NCBI GenBank assembly: GCA_002104905.1
Contig: MCFE01000068.1
Coordinates: forward strand, 62,001 to 126,000
Length of the DNA stretch: 64,000 bases
Direction: 5' to 3'
Source: Basidiobolus meristosporus CBS 931.73
Lineage: Eukaryota > Fungi > Basidiobolomycota
Part shown: positions 1-12,797 of the stretch, piece by piece
Layout of the letters: the number at the start of each line of letters is the position of its first letter
How positions within the stretch are numbered: position 1 is the stretch's first letter
Position numbers and translations under genes: made by a program
The notes under the pieces: generated by a model
What the model was told of the DNA's origin: nothing
Seen by the model: the letters and a program-made list of their open reading frames with translations, nothing else
Database searches by the model: none

Positions 1-790
1 TCTCTAGGTCATATGTTAGAGCCACATGACAGTTGTCCATCAAAACCATGTACATGGTAAGTTGCATCTCAGGATGATTTTGGCAAGAAGTAGTAGTAAA
101 TCCTCAAAGCTCCCATCACTGAAATCAGTGGAAATGTGCCACTTTCTAGCCACAACAGCACATCATTCATCAGTAGATGAATTACTGGGCTCACATATAT
201 CCATAAAGTATCCTTGGTATTTTCTTCCATAGGTGTTGTCATTGTACAATGGGATTTTGCTGGGCTCATGCAGGGTACTGTTGTTGGCACAGATGGGCTC
301 ATATTCCATCAGTGAGCATGCTTTTTCAGAGCTATCATGCTGCACACCATATTAAGAAGGCTGGGGTGAGCCTAAAGGCATCACACACTCACCTGACTTA
401 TATTGCAAATGGTGACAAGTACAGCTAGGGGCTGTTATACAAATTTCAACTGCCAGCAATATATGGTTGGTACAGTAGGGACTGGTGAATAGTCAAATAT
501 GACTTGTGTGGCAAAACACTGGCTGTGATCCTTGTAGTACTTTGTATGCTATCTGCACACTTCATGGCTGAGAGGCTTGCTACAATAGCCACATGGTCTT
601 TTTCTCTTCTCTTATTGTGTGAAATCAAGGAAGTCTTATCCATGGGGCTAACAGTTTGTCACTCAACAATGTAACACAGTTATATCACTTTTTGACAATA
701 CTCATATGAATTTAAGACAGTCTTGTATTTGACACATTGCACCTATATGAATGTAAGATTCAATGATGACCCACCATAGTAAGCATTATT
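1..790 (-). pseudogene. CACTA-type (Transposase_21) transposase, N-terminal part, decayed
   Basis: Homologous to the N-terminal region of the transposase copies at 30200-30700 and 42450-43450, which lead into the DGFSL..WPLILINLNLPP..GPKSP.NLDSYL.PLLDE core. Confidence 0.7.
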
Positions 791-794
791 AATA

Positions 795-864
795 AAGTTG
801 TGGCACCACATACACATGTATATGTAACACTATTTCCCCATTTGTTTGACTCACTTCCATATAT
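795..864. promoter_or_regulatory. Putative bidirectional promoter between transposase and ORF2
   Basis: Spacer of about 70-100 bp between divergent ORFs, conserved at 9781-9855, 30110-30180 and 42360-42430. TGACTCA at 847-853. Confidence 0.45.
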
Positions 865-2723
865 ATGGCGCCAAAAAATAAAGCAAAGTCATCTGGTTCT
901 CAACCAAACCCCACCACTGACAGCAACAGAAGAATGGTTGGACAACAGCTTGCTTTAACATTCAGTGCAACAAGTGGGGCTACATCCAACAAAGGCCCTG
1001 TGGACAGTGTGCCCATTGAAGGTAATAATGCGGACTCCTCAGGCTCTCAGTCAAGTGGCAATTGAGAACCTCTGTGGAGCCACAAGCTGACCATTATGCT
1101 CAGGCAGATGAGAATGTAGCAAATGCAGTACCCTCAGTTGAAGATCAGCAAGTGGCCATGATAACATCACCACCACCCATGCTAGCAAGTATGTTGTCAG
1201 CTCATACCAAAGCATTAATGAAGCAATTAGGTGCAGTGGCTGATAGGATAGATGCAATGGCCCAGAGAAATCAGGAAGTATTCCAGAAACAGGATGAGTG
1301 GATAATACATGTAGAGCAATCAATATCCCAGGTAGAGAGAGCAGTATCTTTGCTGCAAAAAGGAACTCAAGTAGCTCAATGTCACAGCCAAGAATTGAGC
1401 CATTTCCTGATGTAATAGCAGAGGAACACTGTACAATCTTTGAAGCACAACAACAGTGCCCAAAGATAAAGCCCACAGAAAAACCTATCACAGCATGGGA
1501 GGGAGACAATGTGGTGTTTATACCAAAGCCTAAAAATCAAAAGACATTGAAGATCTGTGAAGCCATTGAGTGCAATAATGAAGAGTGGGCTAATATACAA
1601 GAGGCCATCAGAAGTCTAGCATGCCATCACCTTAAGGCCAGCATACCATGGGACCATCAGGAACTCAAGGCCAAGCAGAATGCACTTGACTTGTTCCATG
1701 AGCATTATCCTGGATTCAAATGGGCAAATGGACTTTGGGCCAGCATTGGTATGCTAAGAAAGTATCTTAAGAATAGCAGAAACTATCAAAGGCAGAAGAA
1801 CAAGGGTGCCATGGCTAAAAACCAGCAGCTTCCTCAAGAGCCCTTCACAAGGAGGGCTGAAAGCTCCAGACAAGCATCAAAGAGATGTCAGGCAGCTGGA
1901 AGAGTGCCAATTAAGGACAAGCAGGCAGACATGGATGCACCAGCACAACATTAATCAAGGAAAAAGCAAAGTACCATTCAAGAAGCACCCAGTCAAAGTA
2001 GCAGTGAAAGACCTGGCAGTGATAAAGGAAAAGGTAAAGGGAGAAATCTCTACGCAAGCCTGAGATAGGGAGGAATGCAAAAAAAATGCAGTTTTTGCCA
2101 ATTGACACCACAAGCCAGGAACAGACTGAATCCCATCATAGCCAAGAAGAATTACCAACAAGAAAATAGCGGTTTTTACAAGAGTTGAAGCGCAGCCAGT
2201 TGAGCTATACTCCAGTAAGGTAGATATGTTTGCTGAAAAAGGCAATTTGTCTACCTCAGCCTCCACAGCCTCCATTGTTGACAGAGTGGAGATTGCAGTG
2301 ACAGACAAGGCTACAATGTCAAGAGCTTGGATGACTCTCACAATGCCTTCAGTGAAGTTTTGGAACATTAATAGGCACACCAAGAGGTTGCAGCACTCCT
2401 TCAAGAGCAGTGCTCAAGAAAATGCACTGGAATATTGCAAGGATTTATTGCAAAGCCTGGCAGATGAGGAGCTAGACCTTACAGTGCCGGCTGAAGACCA
2501 GGATGTGTGGGAATCAGTGAATGAACAGTGGCATAAAGCTATTGGGTTCCTGCCAAAGTTGTGGAACCAGAGTGTTACAGCAGAAATACTTATTGAGTGG
2601 TGGATTTTAATGGAGTGACTTGTTGAGTGTGGGGTTGGGCTTAATGTTAGTGTAGGGTATAGAGACCTCTATAGGCCAATACAACTGGCAATTGAGGTAC
2701 AACTGAAGTTTCAATGGAAATAA
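865..2723 (+). pseudogene. CMC element ORF2, about 620 codons, unknown function (frameshifted, in-frame stops)
   Basis: ORFs 865-1065, 1062-1415, 1298-1954, 1806-2063 and 2226-2618 join into one protein. Other copies bridge the frameshifts (41958-42359 reads SQSSRQLRTSAE; 29591-30007 reads SLLQRRNSSS). Confidence 0.75.
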
Positions 2724-3067
2724 ATCAATTTGTATGCATGAAAAGTAAGAGAAATAGTTGAGTCAGGAAGTAAGGAGTGTGAAAAGAGGCAATAGCCAGC
2801 CAATTCACACAAACATAGGAGGCAATAGAGTGTCTGGGATCAGAAAGTGAGCAAATTGGCAGGGAACCAATCAAAAGCCACTTACACATTGTTATAATGA
2901 AAAATTTTGACAAAGTTTTTTGTGAAATCTGGGGTGCAAATATTTTTCAATGGTCTCTGGATGGTGTTCTGACAAGATCAGTACCTCTTAGCCATAGGAC
3001 ATTAACTTTGTGACAGTCTTTTGACAGGATCATCTCAATAATTTCTCATAGGGCATCTGGAGGCCCT

Positions 3068-3848
3068 TAGCCCTCAATTTGGTCATTGACTGATACACAA
3101 GCTACCTGATTTGCCATCAAAAATCCTATTTTGCCCATTGCAAAGTTACTCCCTGGTCCTAGGGATTGGACAAGGTGTCATAGCAAGCATGCAACCAGTT
3201 GTGAAGGTGCAAATCAGATCAAATAGCTGCACTGGTGTTACAGATGATGTATACATATGTACAGTGTGCATTATAGGGGCTCTGTCTCAAATGTGAGACA
3301 ACCTTGCTATTACTTCTTACAAAGATTTAGTGATCACTAATTTGCAATGGCTCAATTGGGGTCTCATAAAAATGTATTATCTGGGTCATGCCAAATAGTA
3401 ACAATTTAATGCAATTGCATCACCTTCTCCTAAGTTTTTTTCTCACATGGATTATTACTGAAGCATTTGGTAAGGATTTACTTTGCACACTTAAACTACT
3501 TCCTTGTTGAATACCATATGTGGCTACTTGTGTACCAGTAGTTAGTATTTTGCCTCCTAGTTGATGAGTGCAATGCTGGAGCTTGGGTATGCCAAATTGC
3601 TCCTGATGATATAATGGAACCAGCCTGAAGTGCCATGTACAGACACATTCTTTTACTTGTCAAAGGCTCTGGTAGTGGAGGCACTTTTTGAGGGTCATTG
3701 TCAGGCAGTTCAATAGAACTAACTTGCTAATGGTCAGGTGTAACAGCATGTGCAGGTGCAACTTGATATGTTGGCATAGCCCTTGGCTGAGTTTGATATG
3801 ATATTACATGTTGTTGTAACATGGCCTGCTTTAATGGACTTGTGTCTA
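3068..3848 (-). mobile_element. Fragment of Pangu/Harbinger-like element (ORF2 3' region)
   Basis: Colinear homology with about 48070-48850 (e.g. GATTGGACAAGGTGTCATAGC, GATCAAATAGCTGCACTGGTG, GTTGATGAGTGCAATGCTG). Confidence 0.75.
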
Positions 3849-4500
3849 AAGCTGGGTTGGGTTCAGCAAGCAAATAAATCTTATTGGGAAAACTCTACCA
3901 AGGTATGCTGGATTTCTCTTGGTCACAAGCCAACTTCCACACCATTTAATACAGAATTTACACAAGCATGAGCCAGAGCACACCTATAATGGGGACTAGA
4001 ATCCAGCAGGGAAAAGGAATATATTGGCCAAATACTAAAAAGTTTTTGCTAATATTCAGGAGAAATATTAAGCACATTTGTAGAGGGTAGTAAGTAGGAG
4101 GCCATAGTTTTTTTTGATTCAGACTATATGTCAAATTCCAAATATAGTGGTGAGTAAGCAGATAAAGAGGGGTGATTCTACAGATGAATATATGATTTGA
4201 ACAAGAGGAGGTAGAAAAAGGAAATACTATTTGGTAATTTGGTATATTAATATTATACAGAACTAGTGCCATACTGCTGTGATTGCCATCAGAGACTTGC
4301 AATGAGGCCATCAGAATACCATCAAGTTTTTTGCCATATAACAAAAGTAAATGTACCGACTGATTAGATCCATTCAAAATAGTTGTAGAGCACATTAAGA
4401 CCGCAACAATGTCATGCAATTATTGTTATAGCATGCTCAAGCCCCATCCAGATTATAACCATGTTTGGCAGCAAAATTTGTAAAGCACTGTTACAACCCT
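3849..4500 (+). pseudogene. CMC transposase C-terminal fragment
   Basis: Homologous to 39930-40620 and 46590-47280 (GGAAAACTCTACCAAGGTATGCTGG...). Confidence 0.75.
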
Positions 4501-5295
4501 GTTGCTTTAATGCCAAAGAAATAGGTGTCTCAATGTTCACATCTTTACTCAGCATTTCCCACCTCTTCCTGGCTGTCCACTATATGCCAACTAATCACAT
4601 CCATGATGGACTTGAAGGTAATATTCATGATGAGACTTGGATATGGTAGTTCCTATAACTTGACTTGTCCTCCTATCATCTCAAACATCTGCTTAAATTA
4701 AATGCCAAAAAGGTGAAGCAAGGCTTAACATTTGCCACACACCATGGAAGTTTGAGTGGAGAATGGTTACAGCGGTAGCAGAGATCTATGCATTTGGCCT
4801 TATGCTTGTGAAGTAAACACTCAAATTCAATCACAAGCTCCTTGCATACAAGCTCTAGATGCATCAAGTTGGCTTTGATGATCTGCTGTGGTATAAATAT
4901 CTCTTCAATGTCAACATATGACTCCCAATGCTGCAAATGTACTCCTGGTAGAAATGACTTCAGAAGGCTTCTTGAGTAAATATGTAGCCAGTAGGTCCAG
5001 TCCTTGTATTTGTATTGTTACATATGCATCTGAATATTTATGACAACCTGTGAGAAGTACTCAGGGTAGACATTTCTCTGGTATCTCAAAGGGCTTGTTG
5101 AAGCTAAAATGCCTAATGTACAACTTGGCCATTAGCCTAAGGGTAATGTTGAAAAGCAAATACATTGCACACAGTTGAAAGCACTTGCTACTTTGTAGCT
5201 TCACAATACTTGTTGGACTGCATGAGCTTCATTAGACTGGGTATTACTGTAATATATCTGGAGTGTGAACAATGTTTTTCTTTTATGGTGGTGGA

Positions 5296-8200
5296 TCTTG
5301 AAATATTGGACTATTTGGTATCATTCAGTAGCTAAAAACTTACTTAACAATTCTAGACTAGTCTTGGTCACTGTAGGACCTGTTTGCAGCCCCAACTTTG
5401 CCAGTTTCTTCACATCAATGATCCTATGATTATTCCCCTATAGTGAAAATTAAATTAACACTGTTTACCAAACATTATGTACTAACCCTAAAACTGTTAC
5501 AGAATGCTCCTAGATGTTAGGAAACCCCCCTTTCTTAGTGTTACTGATATATTACTTCTACAAATGTATAAATACTGATCCACTTTATGAATAAGCAACA
5601 GTTCAACTATTATCACTATATCTTGATAAGTTCCTTGTATCCAAATCACTTCTTAAATTGCAACAGGTTTTGAGCCCCAATTGCCTTAACTTATCCTAAA
5701 GATGACTTCTACCAGCAAACAAAACAATACAAACATCTTCCCTGTAAAGGAGAGGTTTCATGTGAAGAACTACAGACTTTGGAGAATCAAGATGCAGATC
5801 CACCTTGAAAAAAAAAAGCTTTAGAATATAGTAACAGGAAAAGAAGTTGAGCCAAAAGGAGCAGCAGAAGAAGTAGAGATGTTTCAAGAGAAGGAGAGAA
5901 AGGCCTTTGATGCTATACATATCAATATGCAAGATTCCTTCATTGGAAAAATCCATGCTCTAAATACTGCCAGAGCAGCATGGGAATTCTTAGAGAAGAT
6001 TTTTAGAGCAAAGTCAATATCAAGCAAGCTTTGTCTAAAGCAAAAATCCTTCAACAGGAGAAAAAAGCTAGATGATAACATGCTACAACTCATTATCAGA
6101 ACGGAGACACTTGCAGAAGGACTCTACAGTATTAATGCTGGTGTAGATGATGAAGAAAAGATACTCTGTCTGTTTTGCAGCCTACCAGACAAGTATGAGC
6201 CACTTATACCTGCATTAGAAAGCAGAGAAGACAATTTGACTTTAGACTATGTCAAAGGAAGACTTCTCCATGAAGAACTCACAAGTAATGAACAAGCAGC
6301 AAAAATTGAAGACAATGCTTTATTCATCTCAGAGAGGCACACAGAAAAGAAGGGAAAGCAGCAAAGCCAAAGAAAACCTGGTTGCTGTAACTACCTTAAG
6401 AAGCCAGGGCACTGGGCAAGAGAATGCAAGAAGAAACAAGCAGACAAAAAACAGAAACTGGAGCAGGCAGACCATGTAACTACTGATGAACAGTTATTTG
6501 TAACTGTACAAGTGAGTGCAAGTATACAAAGTAATGAATGGTATATTGATGGTGGAGCATCACAGCATATTTGAGGTATAAAGGAGTGGTTCAGTAATTT
6601 GAAGACTATTCCTGTAAGAAAGGTTTATCTGGGAGACAACTCTGCACTGGAAGCTACTGCCAGTGGGTCTATACTACTAATTTTGGGTGATTTCTCAGGG
6701 ACTACAGCAGCAAAACTGACTGATGTACTCTACGTCCCTGGAATAGCTAAGAACCTACTCTCAGTCCATAGAGCAACTGCTCAGGGACTGAAATTTGTTT
6801 TTACTAAGCTGAACTACTCAATATTGAGTGAAAGTGAACAATAATTAGCTTTGGGAATCAGATATCACTGTATATACAAGTTACAATGCAAGATCATTGC
6901 ACCTGAGTATGCCAATATTGCTGCAACTGATGAAACTAACTGGGAGACGTAGCATAGGAGGCTAGGACACATTGGGGAACAGAAAATAAGTCAATTGTTG
7001 AAAAATGAGCTTGTTTCAGGCCTAAGTTACTCAATTCTGATCAAAATGGGTATCTGTAAGGGATGTTCATATGGCAAACAAGCTAGGCAACATTTCAGGA
7101 GCTCAGAAAGCATTAACACCACCAAAATGATGTTTATTGATGACAAGACAAGATATTCATGGGTACATTTCTTCAAAACAAAGGATGAGGCTCTAGAGTT
7201 GTTTAATCACTTTATGAACATAGCAGAAACATAAACTAGGTGTAAATTGAAGAAACTTTGATATGAGAATGGAGGGGAATACTGCTCAAAGGAGTTTGCA
7301 AGATACTGCTCATCTACTGGTATAGTTCAGCAGACCACTATTCCACACACTCCACAGCAAAATGGAGTAGCAGAACATGCAAATAGAAGTATAGTAGCAA
7401 TGGGAAGACCTATGCTACATGATAAAGGATTGAACTACAGATTTGGGCTAAATCTGTTGCTACCTCAGTATAAATCAAGAACAGATGCCCAACAACAGCA
7501 CTACAAGATTCTACACCATTTGAAGCATATATAGGCAAAAAAACAGATGTCCAGCACCTCAGGATCTTTGGCATTGATGTCTTTTATCACATCCCTGACA
7601 AAAAAAGCTCAAAGCTGGAACCAAAGAGTAGAAAGGGATCTTTCTTAGGTATTGTGATGATACTAAAGGGTATAGAGTGTATGATGGCAAAATTCAGAAG
7701 CTGATCAAGATCAAGGAAGTTATATTTGAGGAGAATTCAGATCAGAAAGCCACCACTGATGAAGAAGATACGTGCCAAATTCAGCCAGGTATGGAAGATA
7801 TTTCTACCAGCTCCAGATCAGAGCAGATTATCCCAGTAAGGAGATCAACCAGAATAAGAAATGCCCCTGGATCCTGGTGGCAGACATTCAATGATCATGA
7901 TGAAGCTTATCTTGCCTTATGTGCCAAACCTCAAAATCTGGAACAGGCAATGCAAAGTCCAGAGCTGGTAGATTTACCAAATGGGAGAAAGCCAATAGGA
8001 TGTAGATGGGTTTACAAGATCAAGATAACCGCAAATGGTACTGTTGATAAGTACAAGGCTAGATTGGTGGCTAAAGGCAATTCCCAGATCCAGGGAATAG
8101 ACTTTAAGGAAACACTTGCTCTGGTTGCAAAGTTTAACTCCATTAGGACAGTTCTAGCCCTGGCAGCTGTACACAGTCTGGATCTACACCAAATGGATGT

Positions 8201-8985
8201 CAAAACAGCCTTTTTAAATGGGGATTTGTAAGAAACTATATATATGGAGCAACCAGAAGGTTTTGCCAATCCAAAGGACCCCCACAAGGTGTGAAGACTC
8301 AGGAAGCTGTTGTATGGGCTGAGGCAGGCACCTAGAGCATGCTATAACAAAGTGGACCCATATCTAGAGGAATTTGGGTTTGTTTGTAGCACTGCAGATC
8401 ACAGTATATATGTGAAACAGCTCAAAAATGGTGTGATAATACTAGTTGTGTATGTGGACAACCTAATTATAGCTACAAGTGACCAGGAGGCACTTTAACA
8501 GACAAAATCAGATCTCTTCAGCAAGTTTGAGATGAAAGAGCTATATAGACCAAAACTTTCCCTATCAATCAGTAGTTGGTAGCCTGATGTGCTTGATGGT
8601 GTCTATATGTCCTGATGTTGCAGTGACAGTTGGAATAGTCAGTCAATTCATGCAGAATTATGGATCAGATCAAATTAAAGCAATTAAGTGGATTTTCAAA
8701 TATCTACAAGGTGCCATAAATATGGTACTGAAATACTCTGGAGCAGCCAATAGGGGGAAACTTGATGGTTATAGTGATTCAGATTGGGGTAGAGATCTGA
8801 TTGACAGATGCTCAACCACTGGGTATGTGTTTCTTCATGCTGGCGCAGCTATTACCTGGAATTGCAAGAAATAACCAACTGTGTCCCTATCCACAACTGA
8901 AGCTGAATATATGGCTGCTAGCCAAGCAATAAGGAGGCTATATGGCTATGGAAATTACTCAAAGACTTATGCTGAGTCAGGATGG
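5296..8985 (+). mobile_element. Ty1/copia family A element, 3' end and 3' LTR deleted
   Basis: LTR 5296-5665 ending TGCAACA, PBS GGTTTTGAGCCC 5666-5677, then gag (ATG 5702, CNYLKKPGHWARECK knuckle), protease WYIDGGASQH, integrase, [28 protein letters not shown], RNase H DSDWG. Confidence 0.92.
5702..8960 (+). pseudogene. copia gag-pol (gag-PR-IN-RT-RH), multiply disrupted
   Basis: ORFs 5879-6574, 6599-6844, 6995-7234, 7677-8231, 8310-8498 and 8587-8874 carry copia motifs in PR-IN-RT-RH order. Confidence 0.9.
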
Positions 8986-10455
8986 TGTTTAGGTCATATG
9001 TTGCCAGCTGCTTGATGGTTGTCCATTTGTACCATATAAATGGTAGTCTGCATCCTGGAGTCATTTTGGCAAGAAGTAGTGGTAAATACTCAAAGCCCCC
9101 AATGGTGATATAAGTGAGAACATGCCATTTCTCTAGCCATAACATTACATAACTCACCACTAAATGAATTATTGGGCACACTTGGCTCCATAAGCTATAC
9201 TATTCATTTTTTCAGCAATTGTGGTCTTTTTGTATATTTGTATATTGCAGAGCCCATGAATGGTTCTGTTGTTAGGGGAGATTGACTCACAATTCTTCAG
9301 TGAGCCTTGTTCTTCAGAGCTACTACTCTATGTGCCATATTCAAAAGGTTGAGGTGAGCCTAAAGGCATTACAACTCACCTGACTTGGTTTGCACAAGGT
9401 AATAAGTATGGCTAGGTGTCATTATAGAAGTATCAAGAGGCTGCAGGGTATTGTTGATGCAGTAGTGACTGATGAATTGTCAAATATGACATGTCTAAAA
9501 AGTACTTGCGGTGATCCTTGTGATACTTCCAACACTGTCTGCAAGCTTCATGGCTGAGAGGCTTGTTACAATAGACTCATGGTCTTTTTTCTCTTCTCTT
9601 ATGGCATTGAATCATAAAAGACTTGTCCATGTGGCAAACAGTGTGATACTCAACAACATTGCACTATTATATCACTCTTTTGTCAATACTCATGTGGATT
9701 TAACACAATCATGTATATGGGATATTACAACAACATGAATGCAAGTGTCAACAATGACCCACAATACTTGGCATTTTTAATAAAGTTGTGTACCACATGC
9801 ACAAGCATAGGTAGTACTATTTCCCCATTGGTTTGACTCACTTCCATATATATATGCTGCCAAGAAATAAAGCAAAGCCATCTGGTTCCAAACTAAACCC
9901 CACTGCTGAGAGCAGCAGAAGAGCAATTGGACAACAGCTGTGGAGTTCCCATCCAAGTCATGGAACAAGGGTATTTTGGCAAGATTACTCTGTGAATAGT
10001 ATATTTTGATGTACTTACTTGTTGAGTGTGAGGTTAGGCTAAATGTTAGTTTAGGGTATAAGGACTTTTATAGGTCAATATGATTGGTAATTGAGGTACA
10101 ACTGAGGTATGAAAGGAAGCCAACCACTTATATGCATGAAAAGTAAGAGGATTGTTTGAATCAGGAGGTAGGGAGTCTGAAAAAGAGGCAACAGCCATTC
10201 AATATACACAAGCATAGTAGGTGATTGAGTGACTGGGATCAGAAAGTGTGAAAATTGGCAGAGAATCAATTGAAAGCCACTAATGTATTGTTATGATGTA
10301 AAGTCTTGACCAAGTCTTTTGTGAAATCTGAGGTGTGATTTTTTGCAAATGGTCTTTGCACAGTGTTGCAACGGCATCTATACTGCTTAGTCTGAGGATT
10401 TAACATTTTTGATGGCTTTTGATGGGATAACCACAGTTATTTTTCATACAGATAC

Positions 10456-11985
10456 ATGGGTGGTGTTTACTTGGTTACTTACCCATTCTCTCACTTTCTG
10501 ATCCTGGACACTCCATTGCCTACTATGTTTGTGTACATGGATTGGTTGTTGCATTTATTTCATGATCCTTACTTCCTAACTCAAACAATGCTCTTACTGT
10601 TCATGCATACAAATTGGCTTATTTCTGTTCAATCTCCATTTATAACCCAATTGCTAATTGTACTAGTCAAGCTTCAAACTCAACAAGTTGCTAGATTAAA
10701 GCTGCTATTCAATACAATATCTGCCAGAAAACCCTTTTTCATGACATTGGCTACAGCCCTACTGCTCCATGCCATTGTTCATTCATTGGTTCCCATGCAT
10801 TCTGATCTTCAGACAGCACTGCACTAAATAGCACTCAAACAACCAGCATTTGCAATGAATCTTTGCACTATACAAGTGCATCCTCATGAGCTCTGCTCCT
10901 GAACAACTGCTGCAATCTTTTGCTATACCTACTATAGCCCTAAAGCTCCACTGTAGACTTAGTGATAGTATTCTCAGTTCTTCACATCCTACTTTGTCAG
11001 TCAGTGAGATCTCCACTTTGTCTACAATGGAGGACATGGAGGCCATAGTAGACTGATTGCCTCTCTCTGCAAATCCATCTGCTTCACTGGAATGTAGTTC
11101 AGCTGGCTGTACTTCAAACTTGTGAGCAAGCAGTTTTTATATTGTTGGTGATTCTTCTTGGCTGTTATGGGATTCAGCCTGCTCCAGACTTATAGCATTA
11201 AATGGTGAGAGGTGCAACTACTTGCTTGTGCTTAACGTTCTCTGGCTTGTGTAAACCTTTTTCCATTATCACCGCAAAATTTCTCACCACTACTTTGTCC
11301 AAGTGTCTCTGGTATTGAACTACATTTCTCCTTGATAAATCCTGCATTGACCCATCAGTTCCTATTTTCCTGTCCCTTACCTGCACTCTACCAGCTACCT
11401 GTTGGTTTTTCTCACCTGCTTTGAGCTTTCAGCCCTGGTTGTGACAGACTCCTGACAAAGCTACTCAATTTATCACCCCATAGTGCTTTACTTTTGGCTT
11501 GACAGAGTGCTTCTCAAGTGCAACTATGCATCTTCCATGATGAATACTGCACTAATGAGTGTCTCTCTGCCTACTTGTCTCTTACTGGCACACTTCCAGC
11601 TAGCTCACAATTACTTTCACTTGCTTAGAGCTTTGAGCACTGCTTGTAGTGAGCTCATGAGGAAGCTGCAGATCTTTAGCCATGGCACCATTGTTGTTCT
11701 GTTCTTGCTAACTTCTGCTATTGTTAAAATAATTTCCTAGCACACCAATGCTGGCACAAGCCTATTTTCTAGTTTAAATCCGGGAAGATGCTCATGGAAC
11801 AGGTGAAGTGCACTCTGAATAGCTGTGAGTTCCTGATGGACCAGTGGTATGCCACCCTACAGGTTATGGCAAGCTAGACTTATTTCAGCCTCTTGAATAG
11901 ATGCTCACTCCTCATCATTGTGCTTAATGGCTTCACAGAGCTTCAGTGTTTGTTGATTTTAAGCTGTGGAAGAAGTACCATAGTC
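10456..11985 (-). pseudogene. CMC ORF2 fragment (3' two thirds)
   Basis: Reverse complement of about 1500-2870 (WDHQEL..QSALDLFHEHLPGF..ENRL segment; MASMSSIVDKVEISLTDK). Confidence 0.75.
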
Positions 11986-11987
11986 TT

Positions 11988-12352
11988 GGTTGATTCATTG
12001 ACTATTTGGTATCATTCAGCAGCTAAAAATTAAATTGAAATTCTGGATTAGTCATTGTCACTATAGAACAAACTTACATCCCTAACTTTGCCACTAACTT
12101 CAGATCTATGATATTATGATTATTCCCCTATAGTCAAGATCAAATTAGCTCTTTTACCAAACATTTTGTACCACCCCTGAAACTGCTTCAGTATGCTCTG
12201 GAGTGTTGAGAGGCTCTCCAAGCTCAGTGTTACAGCTGTGTTACTTCTACAAAGGTATAAATACTGGGCTTCATTAAAAATAAGCAAGAGTTCAACTCTA
12301 TCACTATTTCTTGGTTAGTTCCTTATTTCCAGATACTTTTTGAATTGCAACA
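11988..12352 (+). repeat. copia-A LTR, solo, with non-matching flanks
   Basis: Matches 5296-5665 throughout and ends TGCAACA. No TSD; the left flank is ORF2 and the right flank is transposase. Confidence 0.85.
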
Positions 12353-12354
12353 AT

Positions 12355-12797
12355 CTACCATGTTGATGGTACATATGCACAACCATCCTGCAGAGGCAAA
12401 ATATGACACAGAGACCATTCCAATGCCAGCATATCTTCACAGCTGCATAGCCTTCACATTGGAAAATGCCACCATTGCAAGATGTCTAACTTGTCAGGAA
12501 TCCTCCACCTTAGGAGGAATATAATTTTCACACTCCAAATTTATTACAATGATACCAAGTCTAAAGAATCTCATACAGTCTAACAAATATTGCAAAGCTA
12601 TAAAGTACTCACTCATCATCAATCAAGCTCAAGCAACTCCAATGTATTTGATAGCAAGGATTTCAAACAGCTAAAAAGCAATAGCTACTTTGTAGGTATG
12701 TTTACCCATGCCGTTGCCTCAATATTTGACTAGTTCTCATCAAACAAGTACTCTACTGGCAAATCTTGCTAGCTGCTGATTCTCATCAACCTTAATC
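12355..12797 (+). pseudogene. CMC transposase fragment
   Basis: Homologous to 30650-31090 (QSNKYCKAIKY; KQLKSNSYFVGM; LLLILINLNL). Confidence 0.75.

Larger units (their letters stand above)
1..3053. mobile_element. CMC/CACTA-family DNA transposon copy 1 (transposase N-terminus on minus, ORF2 on plus, ORF2-side terminus)
   Basis: Ends in ...ATAATTTCTCATAGGG (3053). Its reverse complement matches CCCTATGAAAAATTATTGAGATGATCC at 28426. Bases 1-860 are homologous to 26260-27000 and to the other copies. Confidence 0.85.
4500..10455 (-). mobile_element. CMC copy, transposase on minus, interrupted by copia-A; ORF2 largely deleted
   Basis: 4500-5295 and 8990-9780 match transposase copies. Promoter at 9781-9855, ORF2 start near 9860 joined to the ORF2 3' end, degenerate terminus GTTATTTTTCATAC near 10450. 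Confidence 0.7.

Noticed and set aside
5317-5324. TGGTATCA near the start of every copia-A LTR, resembling the plant tRNA-iMet PBS
   Set aside because: It lies about 20 bp inside the LTR, matches only 8 nt, and a proper half-tRNA PBS follows the LTR.
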